Shown piece after piece: positions 36,672-46,728 of a stretch of DNA of 64,000 bases. Source of the stretch: SAR324 cluster bacterium (GTDB lineage Bacteria > SAR324 > XYD2-FULL-50-16); the NCBI GenBank assembly GCA_028282885.1, contig JANQGX010000058.1, positions 68,078 through 132,077 on the forward strand, given 5' to 3'. The notes below the pieces were generated by a model. It was given only the letters and a program-made list of their open reading frames with translations, was not told where the DNA came from and did no database searches. Each line of letters opens with the position of its first letter. Within the stretch, counting starts at the first letter, position 1. A program made the position numbers and the translations under genes.

Positions 36672-36867
36672 GGTGATGACTCCAATAAAAGTGAAAACTT
36701 CAAACGGATTGAGATATGATTACGATAATCGAAGGCAATATAGTGCTTGGGCAGGTATTGCCGGTTTGACCTGATTGATTCAGTTGTGAAACAGTCAATC
36801 TTAATTGATAGCAAAAAGACCACAATTATTCTACTACAATTACACCGCTGACCCTAAATCGATCAGG

Positions 36868-37443
36868 ATGAATTCAGATAACAGAGCAGTTTTCCTGGAT
36901 AGAGATGGTGTGTTGATTAAAGATGTTAATTACCTGTCCAGGCTTGAAGATATTTCAATTTATGATGATGTACCTGAAGGATTAATCTCTCTGAAGAAGA
37001 ACGGATTCAAGCTGATCATGATCACAAATCAATCCGGTGTTGCCCGCGGTTTTTTTGATGAATCCTTTGTCTACGAAACCTACAATTTTTTGAACAATAT
37101 TTTCAGCAAATCCGGAGTTTCATTGGATGATTTGTACTTTTGTCCTCACCATCAGCAAGGTAAGCCCCCCTACAATATAAAATGCGATTGCCGTAAACCT
37201 GCCCCGGGAATGATCGAAAAAGCATCGAAAAAACACGGGATCGATTGCCAACGCTCATTTATGCTTGGTGATAAAAAAAGTGATGTTGAACTGGCCTATA
37301 ATTCAGGCACCCGTGGGATTCTTTTAAGAACCGGAAAAGGCGACTCCGAGGCAGCATCTGTCGCAGAGCTTTACCCGGAAGTTCCAATCCTTGATACCTT
37401 TTCCGATGCGATTGATTTTATTCTGAAAAACAGCTTCGACTAA
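36868..37443 (+). CDS. gmhB: D-glycero-beta-D-manno-heptose-1,7-bisphosphate 7-phosphatase (HAD-IIIA)
   Basis: AVFLDRDGVLI DxD motif and CxH...C zinc site (CPHHQQ...CDCRKP). Confidence 0.8.
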   Translation: MNSDNRAVFLDRDGVLIKDVNYLSRLEDISIYDDVPEGLISLKKNGFKLIMITNQSGVARGFFDESFVYETYNFLNNIFSKSGVSLDDLYFCPHHQQGKPPYNIKCDCRKPAPGMIEKASKKHGIDCQRSFMLGDKKSDVELAYNSGTRGILLRTGKGDSEAASVAELYPEVPILDTFSDAIDFILKNSFD

Positions 37444-37615
37444 TCCTCCTTATGTCCGCCAGGACCTGGGATTAACATCGGAACCGAGATCTGTCTTTGA
37501 TATCTTTTGACTTTGGTGGGGAGGTCTGTTATCCGGTACTCTGCCTGTATTTAAACAAATAACTAACACGGAAAACAGTTAAGCTACAATTGTAGATTGT
37601 TGGATTTGATGTGAG

Positions 37616-37849
37616 CTAAATACTGTTCTGATACTTTTCAATGCACTCTTCGCTGCAGAAATCCATCTTCCTGTATTTTTTTATCAGCTCTCTGCTGGTG
37701 AAGTTTTGGCATTGTGTACACTGTACCAGATCTGTTGGCTCATCCAACTGTTTGTTTTTAAACAAATTTTCAATCGCAAGATAAGCCCCGTTTTTGATGA
37801 TTTTGAATAATAGATAGCCCAATACGGCAATAACTATATATTTGAACAT
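37616..37849 (-). CDS. Small membrane protein (1 TM) with a C-terminal Cys4 zinc-ribbon-like motif
   Basis: N-terminal TM helix. CTQCQNF ... CSEEC. Confidence 0.45.
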   Translation of the reverse strand: MFKYIVIAVLGYLLFKIIKNGAYLAIENLFKNKQLDEPTDLVQCTQCQNFTSRELIKKYRKMDFCSEECIEKYQNSI

Positions 37850-37948
37850 GATAGCTTAGGGGATGTGAAATCTCTTGGCGTCAATAAACTGGGGACAGGT
37901 GTCAATCATGAGTCTTTATCTGCTCCATATTAATACACTGAAGGATCT

Positions 37949-39370
37949 ATGACTATCTCCAAAAAAGAGAATCAGAAAAGTACTTCTTCTCTCTGGTACC
38001 TGGAAAAACAATACGGTATACCAATCTGGCACAACTCACTGGCAATTCCGCATTTAAGAAGAGAGCATTCTCCGGCCGAAATTGAGCTGCAGAGGAAATT
38101 GGGATTCATAATAGAAAAAAGCAGCAAGGACAAAGATTTATCTTTGATATTCATTTCGGAAAAAACTGATTTCCTGTCACTTTCACAATACCTGCCTTTT
38201 CTTTTTTCAAAGGTCAAATGTTACCTGTGCAGCAGCCAGTTGATACATGAGAGACTCTCTTACCTGGATCAACCACAATCATTTTCATCAGATAACAAAG
38301 CCACACGACAACTATCCTATCTCTTGGAGCATGCCATAAATAAAGGGGCATCGGACATCCACATCGAAAGCCGGTCCTTCAACAAAAGTGCCCGTATGAG
38401 GATCGACGGCACTCTTGTGTCCATCAAACTAAACGAACAAATTGAGGATGCGCTTTTCCTGAAAACAAAGCTGATCTCTAAAATGGATATAGCCAAAAAG
38501 CATTCTCCCCAGGACGGACATTTTCCTTACACTTCTCAAACCGGCAAACGATTTGATCTGAGAACCTCCACAATACCATCCGTAACAGGCGAAAAACTTG
38601 TCATTCGCTTACTTCCAGCTTCGACTGTGCGTTACTCACTGGGAGATCTTGGCTTCACGGGTAAGCATACGGAATTATTGGGAAAATACATTAGCAAGAA
38701 GTCGGGGCTTATTCTATTCACTGGTCCGACCGGATCCGGCAAAACAACCTCTTTATATGCAATATTAAATGAACTGAGGTCGGATGCGCTGAATATTGTA
38801 ACCATTGAAGATCCTGTGGAATACAGGTTGGATTCAGTAACCCAGGTACAGGTCAATGAACAAGCCGGTGTTAGCTTTTCCAGCGCCCTCAGGTCAATTC
38901 TCAGACAGGATCCAGATGTCATCCTGATTGGAGAAATTCGAGACCAGGAAACAGCACAGATTGCAGCAAGAGCAGCACAAACAGGTCATCTTGTTTTATC
39001 GACTCTGCATAGTAATGATGTGTTTGAAACACTGAGAAGGTTGGGTAACCTCGGTGTTGAGAAGGATGATATTTCATCTTCTCTAAACCTGGTCGTTTCA
39101 CAAAGATTGGTTCAACACCGATGTCGCTGCGGCGGCTCGGATGATTGCAACCTATGTCAAGGTACTGACGTTTCGGGAAGAATACCAATTATGGAGATTC
39201 TGGAGGTGTCGCCTGAGTTCAGGCGTTTGTTCTCTTCGGAAATGTCAATGGCCGATATCAGATCGAAAATGATGGCTGAAGGATTTAATACATTGGTTTC
39301 ACAAGCAAAACTACTATTTAATGAGGGAAAGATAAAAGAATCAGAGCTTAATTCAATTCGTTTTGAATAA
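37949..39370 (+). CDS. GspE/PilB-family secretion/pilus-assembly ATPase
   Basis: Walker A FTGPTGSGKTTSLYA. Asp box, Walker B and His box. C-terminal tetracysteine (CRCGG...CNLC). Confidence 0.85.
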   Translation: MTISKKENQKSTSSLWYLEKQYGIPIWHNSLAIPHLRREHSPAEIELQRKLGFIIEKSSKDKDLSLIFISEKTDFLSLSQYLPFLFSKVKCYLCSSQLIHERLSYLDQPQSFSSDNKATRQLSYLLEHAINKGASDIHIESRSFNKSARMRIDGTLVSIKLNEQIEDALFLKTKLISKMDIAKKHSPQDGHFPYTSQTGKRFDLRTSTIPSVTGEKLVIRLLPASTVRYSLGDLGFTGKHTELLGKYISKKSGLILFTGPTGSGKTTSLYAILNELRSDALNIVTIEDPVEYRLDSVTQVQVNEQAGVSFSSALRSILRQDPDVILIGEIRDQETAQIAARAAQTGHLVLSTLHSNDVFETLRRLGNLGVEKDDISSSLNLVVSQRLVQHRCRCGGSDDCNLCQGTDVSGRIPIMEILEVSPEFRRLFSSEMSMADIRSKMMAEGFNTLVSQAKLLFNEGKIKESELNSIRFE

Positions 39371-39417
39371 TATCGTCAATCTTATACTGAACCACAACCC
39401 TGAGAAGCGAGCTTTTA

Positions 39418-40602
39418 ATGAAGTTCAAATCCGCTTTTATCTACGAAGTGTCACTACTTGATGGTCGGAAAAAGGTCGGTATTGTCTACAATTCCAGCCG
39501 TTATCGATTAAAAACAAAGCTTGGCCTGAGAGGTTATTTCAAGATAAAAATCAGCACTGTTCCTTCGAGTTTGCTGAGTAAACCACTGACAAACAAAGCG
39601 TTATTGCAGATCATCAACCCTCTCGCCATGATGCTGCGGTCGGGTCTTACACTAACGGATGCACTGGAAATGCAGATAAATGAAAATCCATCGGTGATAC
39701 AGAAGTTTATCTTCATTCATCTGTCTGAATCTTTAAATTCGGGCAAAGATATTAAATCATCGCTTGCAATACTGAATCCCCTGTTTCCGGATTTCTTCAA
39801 AACCATCATCGGTATATGCGAATCTTCCGGAAGGCTGTTGGCGGGATTGGACTCATTAAAGGACTTTTATGGGAAAAAGGAGGAAAGAACACAGGAACTT
39901 AAGAAGATTACCCGATATCCAAAGGTAGTCGCGATGGCTTCGCTTGTGCTTTCAGCAGGAGTTATTATATTTATCATTCCAATGTTTAACGGTATCTACG
40001 AGATGTTTGGCGATAATCTTCCATTTGTTACAAAAATCATGCTGAATATCTCCCGATTTGTTCACGAGTACTCCCTGGAACTATCATTAGCATTGATTCT
40101 GTTTGCGGTCTGGTTATTTTTACCAGGATTGAACAAGCTGAATCCATTCGTAAACCTTGCACGTACTGCCGGCAGACGCCTGGCAACACGAGACGATCCC
40201 TATTTATACTCCCAGGCCTTGAGAATGCTTCTGGAAAATGGTCAACCCTTATCCGATGCATCAAAGCAGGCTGCCTATTGCCTGTCAGAAAACAACATCC
40301 GCTTTGGCATCAAAGTAACAGAGCTGTTGAACTCCGGGCTGGATTTGGCAACCTCATTTCAAAAAATCGGCTGGTTTCCATCCCTCTACTACCGAATCCT
40401 GGTTTCAGCGGAAAAATCCGGGCAGTTGGCAACCGGCTTTGCTCAAATTTGCAGACTGCTGGAACAAAAAAAGGAGGAGTCGTTTAACCGTTGGAACAAA
40501 TATATCGAACCGGCAATGATGCTGTTACTTGGCGGACTTATCCTGGTCATCCTGCTGGCAGTCTATCTTCCGGTATTTGACCTCGGGAACCAGATAAAAT
40601 GA
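39418..40602 (+). CDS. GspF/PilC-family inner-membrane platform protein
   Basis: Two T2SSF repeats and 3 TM segments. Typical length of 394 aa. Confidence 0.8.
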   Translation: MKFKSAFIYEVSLLDGRKKVGIVYNSSRYRLKTKLGLRGYFKIKISTVPSSLLSKPLTNKALLQIINPLAMMLRSGLTLTDALEMQINENPSVIQKFIFIHLSESLNSGKDIKSSLAILNPLFPDFFKTIIGICESSGRLLAGLDSLKDFYGKKEERTQELKKITRYPKVVAMASLVLSAGVIIFIIPMFNGIYEMFGDNLPFVTKIMLNISRFVHEYSLELSLALILFAVWLFLPGLNKLNPFVNLARTAGRRLATRDDPYLYSQALRMLLENGQPLSDASKQAAYCLSENNIRFGIKVTELLNSGLDLATSFQKIGWFPSLYYRILVSAEKSGQLATGFAQICRLLEQKKEESFNRWNKYIEPAMMLLLGGLILVILLAVYLPVFDLGNQIK

Positions 40603-40629
40603 TGAACACATATAAAACAAATCTCCTGT

Positions 40630-41262
40630 TTAACCACCTGCATCCGAAACAACTCGAATAAGCTGTTTGACTTTATCGATGTTCTTAACACCGGGTCTCA
40701 CCTCAACTCCGGACGAAACATCAACTGCATAGGGGCGAACAAGACTGACTGCAGCTCCGGCATTATCCGGGGTGATTCCGCCCGCCAAAATAATCCCGGA
40801 AAGATCATCAAGCTTTTGTAGGAGCTTCCAGTCAAAACTTTTCCCTGTTCCGCCATATTCATCTTCAGACCAGGCATCGAGCAGCACGTAGCTGGCACCA
40901 AAGGAGGGGACTATATCCAGGCTGTTTTGGTTACGAATCCGAATGGCTTTCATCCAGGGGATGTTGCTTTCCGTCAGGGAGCGGCAGTATTCAGGGGATT
41001 CGTCCCCTGAGAGCTGTGCGAGACTTAATCCTGTTGAGTTGATGATTGAAGATATTTCTGAAATCGATTCATTAACGAAAACTCCCACGGTCTTGAGGAA
41101 TGGAGGGAGATCGACCAGCATATCACGGATTTTATCCGGACTGACATACCGGGAAGATTTTTGATAGAGAATGAATCCCATGGCATCCACAGGTAATTCT
41201 GCTATCTCTTCAGCCTGTTCCTTTTGAGTAATTCCACAGATTTTAATTCGGGTTTTTCTCAT
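40630..41262 (-). CDS. trpF: Phosphoribosylanthranilate isomerase
   Basis: IKICGIT ... size 210 aa. Overlaps trpC by 4 nt. Confidence 0.85.
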   Translation of the reverse strand: MRKTRIKICGITQKEQAEEIAELPVDAMGFILYQKSSRYVSPDKIRDMLVDLPPFLKTVGVFVNESISEISSIINSTGLSLAQLSGDESPEYCRSLTESNIPWMKAIRIRNQNSLDIVPSFGASYVLLDAWSEDEYGGTGKSFDWKLLQKLDDLSGIILAGGITPDNAGAAVSLVRPYAVDVSSGVEVRPGVKNIDKVKQLIRVVSDAGG

Positions 41263-42041
41263 CTTGCCAATCTCATCAAGTCTTTTAGTGCGAATCCCGG
41301 ATCCGGTTTTCTCATTAAGCTTTCCCCAACCAAAATTCCATGAAATCCGTTGTCATGAAGGGCTCTGCAGTCTTCGGCAGTTTTTATTCCGGATTCGCTT
41401 ACCGCAACCACGGTGTCCGGAATCATCGGTTTTAGTTGGAGGGAATGTTCAATACTTGTCTGAAAAGTACTGAGATTTCTATTGTTTATACCGATCAGGT
41501 CGAATTCCAGATCCAAAGCCAGTTCCAATTCCTCCCGTGAATGCACTTCAACCAGCACAGACAGACCGAAGCTCTCGGCAATTGTTTTAAGCTGTCGCAA
41601 ATCCTCTTTTCCGAGGGCGGAGACAATCAATAAAATAGCATCGGCTCCCAGGTTGTAAGACTCCCTGATCTGTCTTTTGTCGACAATAAAATCCTTTCTT
41701 AACACCGGTATGTGAACTTCCTTTTTGATTTCAACCAAAAACTGAGGTGCGCCCTGGAAGTATTTCTGTTCTGTTAACACACTGATGCAGTCAGCCCCGG
41801 AACTTTCATAAGAGTTAGCAATAGCAACAGGTTGAAAATCCTCCCGGATTAATCCTTTGGAGGGAGATGCTTTCTTAACTTCCGCAATGATAGAGAGGCT
41901 TTCTCCTGCCAATGCATCTCTGAAATCCAATGGAATTCTGTTGTCCTTGTTGTTCTTCTCCAGATTAGCTTCGTTAATCCAGCCAAGATCACGGTCTATT
42001 TCTACTTTTTTGTCTTTAATTATTTTGTCTAAAATACTCAC
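41259..42041 (-). CDS. trpC: Indole-3-glycerol-phosphate synthase (probable GTG start with GGGAG RBS)
   Basis: ILDKIIKDKKVEI N-terminus. IIAEVKKASPSKG and NNRNLSTFQ motifs. Confidence 0.85.
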   Translation of the reverse strand: MSILDKIIKDKKVEIDRDLGWINEANLEKNNKDNRIPLDFRDALAGESLSIIAEVKKASPSKGLIREDFQPVAIANSYESSGADCISVLTEQKYFQGAPQFLVEIKKEVHIPVLRKDFIVDKRQIRESYNLGADAILLIVSALGKEDLRQLKTIAESFGLSVLVEVHSREELELALDLEFDLIGINNRNLSTFQTSIEHSLQLKPMIPDTVVAVSESGIKTAEDCRALHDNGFHGILVGESLMRKPDPGFALKDLMRLAR

Positions 42042-42064
42042 TTTGCTCCCGGATCTTTCATGGA

Positions 42065-43090
42065 TTAATGATTTATAGCGTTGGTAAAAGAGACCATACG
42101 CTCTACCGCTTTCATACCGACGCCCTGTTTGATTAATTCTCTTGCTTGTGCAAAGGCATCCTTCAACGGGCAATCCTCCGCTGCTGAAATGGCAAAACCG
42201 GCGTTGAGGATCACAATATCTCTCTTAGGCCCTCCAATCTCCCCTTTCAAAACACCCATGGTAATTTCGGCATTTTCTGCGGGCTCTCCTCCTTTAATAT
42301 CCTCCAGTGAACCTTTTTTGAATCCGTATTCCTCGGGATCAAAGATAAACTCGGTAATTTCCCCGCTGCTTTTCAGATAGGCAGCCTTGGTGTTTCCCTG
42401 GATACAGACTTCATCCAATCCGCTTAATCCTGAAAAGACATATGCGGATCTGGACCCCAGTTCTTTTAAAACCTGTATAATAGTAGGGACATAATTGTCA
42501 TCAAACAGACCGATAACCTGAACCTGGGCGTTGGCAGGATTTGTTAGAGGTCCGAGAATGTTGAAAATGGTTCTGACAGCCAACTCTTTTCGCACCGGGA
42601 CGACATGCTTCATGGCACTGTGCAAGGCAGGAGCGAATAGAAACCCGATCCCGACAGTTCGGATGCTTTCGGCAACCTGTACCGGGGTCAACTGCAGATT
42701 AATTCCCAATGCTTCAAGAAGATCCGCACTACCACTTTTTGATGTCATCGAACGGTTACCGTGTTTTGCTATCCTGTATCCTCCCCCAGCCAGAAGTAAG
42801 GCAACAGTGGTGGATATATTGAAAGATCCGGATGCATCTCCTCCGGTGCCACAGGTATCAATAATCAGATCATCAGCAATAGGGATCTTGGTTGATTTTT
42901 CCCGCATAACAGAAGCACAAGCTGCGATTTCTGTGATGGTTTCTTTTTTAATTCGTAAGGCTATCAACATGGCGGACATCTGACTCGGGGCCAGATCTCC
43001 GTCCATAAATCGATTCATCATCCATTCCGCTTCCCGGTAACTGAGATCCACACCATTGATCAGACGTTCAAGAATCAATTTTGTTTCCAC
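42065..43090 (-). CDS. trpD: Anthranilate phosphoribosyltransferase
   Basis: DTCGTGGDASGSFNISTTVALLLAGGG and KHGNRSMTSKSGSADLLEALG. Confidence 0.9.
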   Translation of the reverse strand: METKLILERLINGVDLSYREAEWMMNRFMDGDLAPSQMSAMLIALRIKKETITEIAACASVMREKSTKIPIADDLIIDTCGTGGDASGSFNISTTVALLLAGGGYRIAKHGNRSMTSKSGSADLLEALGINLQLTPVQVAESIRTVGIGFLFAPALHSAMKHVVPVRKELAVRTIFNILGPLTNPANAQVQVIGLFDDNYVPTIIQVLKELGSRSAYVFSGLSGLDEVCIQGNTKAAYLKSSGEITEFIFDPEEYGFKKGSLEDIKGGEPAENAEITMGVLKGEIGGPKRDIVILNAGFAISAAEDCPLKDAFAQARELIKQGVGMKAVERMVSFTNAINH

Positions 43091-43424
43091 GGATTATATC
43101 TCCAATTGGTTTTGAGTACATAAATACCGGCACTCAGCGAACCGGGATCGGTGCCAAATGCCTTGATATCCCCTTCATTTGTTGTTTGTACCCAGATGCA
43201 TTTTCCCGGTTTAAATACAATGTGTCCACCCATTCACTTTTTAAAATCCGGCAGCATTGTTGAGAACTTACAATAATCCTGCTAAAAGCGTGTTCACAAA
43301 ATGATCAGAACAGATCTATGATAAAGCTCGTTCGGATCAGTTTGGTAAGGCAGTTAAAACAGATTCATGCTCATCTCGATCAATCAGTCATCTCTTTCGT
43401 TAAACATGCTTAAAGCTTCTGTCT

Positions 43425-45956
43425 ATGTCGAATCACATTACTACATACGATCATCTTAACGGTTTCTATCGACCGGGGTTGTCGTTTCCCGATCAACTGG
43501 TAAACACCACTGTGGGAAGAGACACGCTTCTTGAGGAGGTGATTGAAAAGCTGAATGACAACAAGGCAGAGAGTGAAAGAACCAGTTTCATGATCATGGG
43601 TCCACCCGGGGTGGGTAAAACCCATTTCATTAGGGTTTTGGGAAGGACCATTCAAAATCGTGATAGTTTGAAAGACCGCTTTATCCTTATCCAGTTTCCG
43701 GAAGAAAACCATAGAATCCTGACCTTCGCTGACCTGCTGACGGGCATAGTGGAGATTTTGGAGAACATGACTGCCGAGAAACAATGGTCTGAGCTATACC
43801 GGAATCTTGTCGAACTGGAAGATGATACTGTTCTGATTGAAACTGCGATCCCGGAGTTCGAATCATATTGCAAGACAAATGAGAAAACCATGTTGATCCT
43901 GTTGGAGAATATCGATGTCTTTTTCCGGGGACAACTGAGAGACAATAAAAATGTCAAACAATTTCGGAAATTTATCACCAAATCCTCGTTTGCGAATTTC
44001 ATAGGAACCTCGCAGTTCAACCTGATTAAATCAGAAGAGCTTCGAAAATCTCCCTTCACACTGTTCGATATCCATATTCTCGATGTTCTGGATGAGAAAG
44101 AGACACTACAACTGATAAAAAAGAAACTGGAATGGGAAAAGCAAAATGAACTTCTGGATTCGTTTGAAGAGCTAACCCCCCGAATCAGGGCTCTATATGA
44201 AATGTCCGGTGGTAATCCCCGATTGAGTCTCATTTTGTATGAACTGCTTGTAAAAGAAAGCAAATGGGATATTAAACGTCAATTGGAGAAGCTCCTGGAT
44301 CAAACCACTCCGTTCTTTCGTGACCGAATGAGGTCCCTTGCACCGCAGGAACGCGCCTTGCTGGAGATCATCTCACTAATGAAGCTTGATTACAAAACAA
44401 CTGCGAAAATCGCAAAAGCTTCACGACAATCCCATCAGCAGACGGCAAATCACCTGAACAAGCTATTAAAGGCAGGATACCTGGTGGTTGTGGACCACCC
44501 GACAGACAAACGCTCCCGGATTTACAGAATCAAGGAGGGATTTTTTGGTCTTTGGCTTGCGATCGGCCACTCCCGTAAACAGAATATTATCTTACCACGC
44601 CTCGTCGAGTTTTTTGAGCAGTGGTATGCGGAAAAAACCGTCAGGGAGAAGAAACGGCAACAGATCTGGAACTCGCTTCGTTCCCTTGAAGTCAATCCGG
44701 ATCTGATAGAGATCGATAATCAGGAATTATTGCTTCAATATCTTTCGGATATTGGTGATGACAAAGAAAAAGCCAGAAGTAAACTGGAACTTGTGTTTTA
44801 TTTCCTGTCACTAGCCAAGATAAGGGAAGCAAAAAGATTGATTCTGGAGATTTACGAGCTTGACTATGCTAAACCTTACTATTTTGAGTGGTTGCTCCAG
44901 CAATGCAAGAGCTGGATTTCAGGCAATATCGAACCGGTTATTTTGCAGGAGATGGAAGATATCCAGAAATGCTGGAACCTGCAGAACCTAAACCTCCCGG
45001 AAGCCTTGGGAGAGCAGGCTTTGAACCTGGCCATCAACTTTTTTAATAACGGGTTTTATGACCTGGTACAGTCATTTGTTGAAGATATGCTGTCGACAGG
45101 CACCGATCCGAGGATCAGAATATTATTGCTGGAAAGAGTGGCTGTCAGCCAGGAAAAACTTAAAAACTGGGATTCGGCCATAAGCTCATGGAAAGAGGTT
45201 TTGGAAAATGCTGAAAAGCATCGTGACTACAAATCGCAGGGCACTATTTTAAACAATATTTCTCAGATCTACCAGGATCAGGGAAATTATGATCTTGCCT
45301 TGGAAAACCTAACCAAATCGCTTCAAATCTTAAAAAAAATCAAAGATTACGATGGGCAAGGGACTACCCTGAACAACATCTCCACCATTCATTTTGACCA
45401 GGGGTATTTTGAGAAGGCGCTGGAAAGGCTTGAGGAAGCTTTGGGAATATCAAAGATCAGTGGAAATCTCTTTATTGAAGGCATCACCCTCAGCAATCTC
45501 TCCATGATTTATCAAGCCCGGGGAGATTTTGAGCCTGCCCTGGATTGTCTCTATCGGGCCTTGGATTACATGCGCAAAATTGGTGATTCCTCTTCGGAGT
45601 GTATTACCCTCAATAATATTTCACAGGTTCAACTGGAGCTCGGACTGATAGACGATGCGTTTCGTTCCCTGCAACATGCGCTTTACATCGCCCAGGATGA
45701 GAACAACAAACAGGCAACATGCCTTACCCTTTACAACAGGGGAAAACTTCACAAGGCTTCGGGAAAGAACGAAGAAGCGATGATTAACTGGACTTACGCA
45801 TATAAAATAGCTCGAGAGGAAAATGTCGTTGAGGTGCTGGAAAAGCTGGACAAGGTAGCTGAATCTAAAATTGATAATAGCAAGGAGTTCTGGCAAAACA
45901 GGCTGAAGGATTTGATCATTCAGGAGCAAGATGTCGAAACCCCCGGTATCAATTAA
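43425..45956 (+). CDS. STAND-like P-loop NTPase (AAA_16-type) with a winged helix and a long C-terminal TPR array
   Basis: Walker A MGPPGVGKTHF. Walker B MLILLENID. At least 6 TPR-like repeats (NNISQIYQDQGNYDLALENL...). Confidence 0.75.
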   Translation: MSNHITTYDHLNGFYRPGLSFPDQLVNTTVGRDTLLEEVIEKLNDNKAESERTSFMIMGPPGVGKTHFIRVLGRTIQNRDSLKDRFILIQFPEENHRILTFADLLTGIVEILENMTAEKQWSELYRNLVELEDDTVLIETAIPEFESYCKTNEKTMLILLENIDVFFRGQLRDNKNVKQFRKFITKSSFANFIGTSQFNLIKSEELRKSPFTLFDIHILDVLDEKETLQLIKKKLEWEKQNELLDSFEELTPRIRALYEMSGGNPRLSLILYELLVKESKWDIKRQLEKLLDQTTPFFRDRMRSLAPQERALLEIISLMKLDYKTTAKIAKASRQSHQQTANHLNKLLKAGYLVVVDHPTDKRSRIYRIKEGFFGLWLAIGHSRKQNIILPRLVEFFEQWYAEKTVREKKRQQIWNSLRSLEVNPDLIEIDNQELLLQYLSDIGDDKEKARSKLELVFYFLSLAKIREAKRLILEIYELDYAKPYYFEWLLQQCKSWISGNIEPVILQEMEDIQKCWNLQNLNLPEALGEQALNLAINFFNNGFYDLVQSFVEDMLSTGTDPRIRILLLERVAVSQEKLKNWDSAISSWKEVLENAEKHRDYKSQGTILNNISQIYQDQGNYDLALENLTKSLQILKKIKDYDGQGTTLNNISTIHFDQGYFEKALERLEEALGISKISGNLFIEGITLSNLSMIYQARGDFEPALDCLYRALDYMRKIGDSSSECITLNNISQVQLELGLIDDAFRSLQHALYIAQDENNKQATCLTLYNRGKLHKASGKNEEAMINWTYAYKIAREENVVEVLEKLDKVAESKIDNSKEFWQNRLKDLIIQEQDVETPGIN

Positions 45957-46716
45957 AAATAAAAACAGGATCAAAGGGTTTGTCATCTGCCTTGCACTCT
46001 TATCTATCCAAATCGGATTGCCCGGCGTTTCTCGATCTGAAGCATCTGATCTCACCATAAGACAAAAAGCGCTCTCATATCCCGAAATTCTTTACAAATC
46101 CGGAGAGTATTACCGCTCAATGTCTGAAATAATGAGATTAAAGTTTGAGCTCGGATATGAAAAGGATGAGCTTCAATTGGACATTCTTTATCTCAAAAAT
46201 GCATACAAATTAAAGGAGTACAGAAAAATTCTGGATTCGGCCCCCGGATTAATGGAAAATCCCGGGGTGAAAAACAGCCCTGAAAAAAGGCATCAAGTCG
46301 GCAAGATTTTAACCGCAACCCTGGTAAATCTGAAAGACTATTCAAAAGCGGCCGATACCTGGGACGCTTGTTGCAGTTCCTCGGGCAGGGAGTTCGTCAA
46401 ACCTGACGAAATTCCGGGAATGGTTGATCCGGACCGGGCCCGATGGTATTCGACTTTCTTACCAGGCTCCGGTCTTTTACTTTCCGGGGAATATGGTAAA
46501 GCGCTGGTTTCTTTCTTGTTGAATAGCATAACCCTCTATGGAATTTACCACTATGGAACCCACCAACAGATGGGCACAGCCGGTCTGTTGCTGTTTTTTG
46601 AAATAGGTTGGTATGCAGGCGGTCGAAACGCCTCGGCAGAAGCTGCCGAGGACCATAATCGCGCCCTGGTATCGGAATATTATCAATCCAACTATTACCC
46701 GGAATTGGGTAACTAA
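45931..46716 (+). CDS. Hypothetical secreted/membrane protein (signal peptide; C-terminal hydrophobic segments). Overlaps the preceding gene by 26 nt.
   Basis: Signal-peptide-like N-terminus and 2-3 C-terminal hydrophobic stretches. Confidence 0.45.
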   Translation: MSKPPVSIKNKNRIKGFVICLALLSIQIGLPGVSRSEASDLTIRQKALSYPEILYKSGEYYRSMSEIMRLKFELGYEKDELQLDILYLKNAYKLKEYRKILDSAPGLMENPGVKNSPEKRHQVGKILTATLVNLKDYSKAADTWDACCSSSGREFVKPDEIPGMVDPDRARWYSTFLPGSGLLLSGEYGKALVSFLLNSITLYGIYHYGTHQQMGTAGLLLFFEIGWYAGGRNASAEAAEDHNRALVSEYYQSNYYPELGN

Positions 46717-46728
46717 TTAAACTGGCAT

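Noticed and set aside
37949-38300. Possible MshEN-type c-di-GMP-binding N-terminal domain in the GspE-like ATPase
   Set aside because: Only a loose match to the RLGxxL(V/I)xxG(I/F)(L/V) motif. Mentioned within a finding but not called as a feature.
43093-43251. 52-codon minus-strand ORF (MGGHIVFKPGKCIWVQ...) immediately upstream of trpD. I considered it as a trp leader peptide or a trpG remnant.
   Set aside because: It has no tandem Trp codons as an attenuator leader would, and no similarity to the TrpG C-terminus. It is too short to call.
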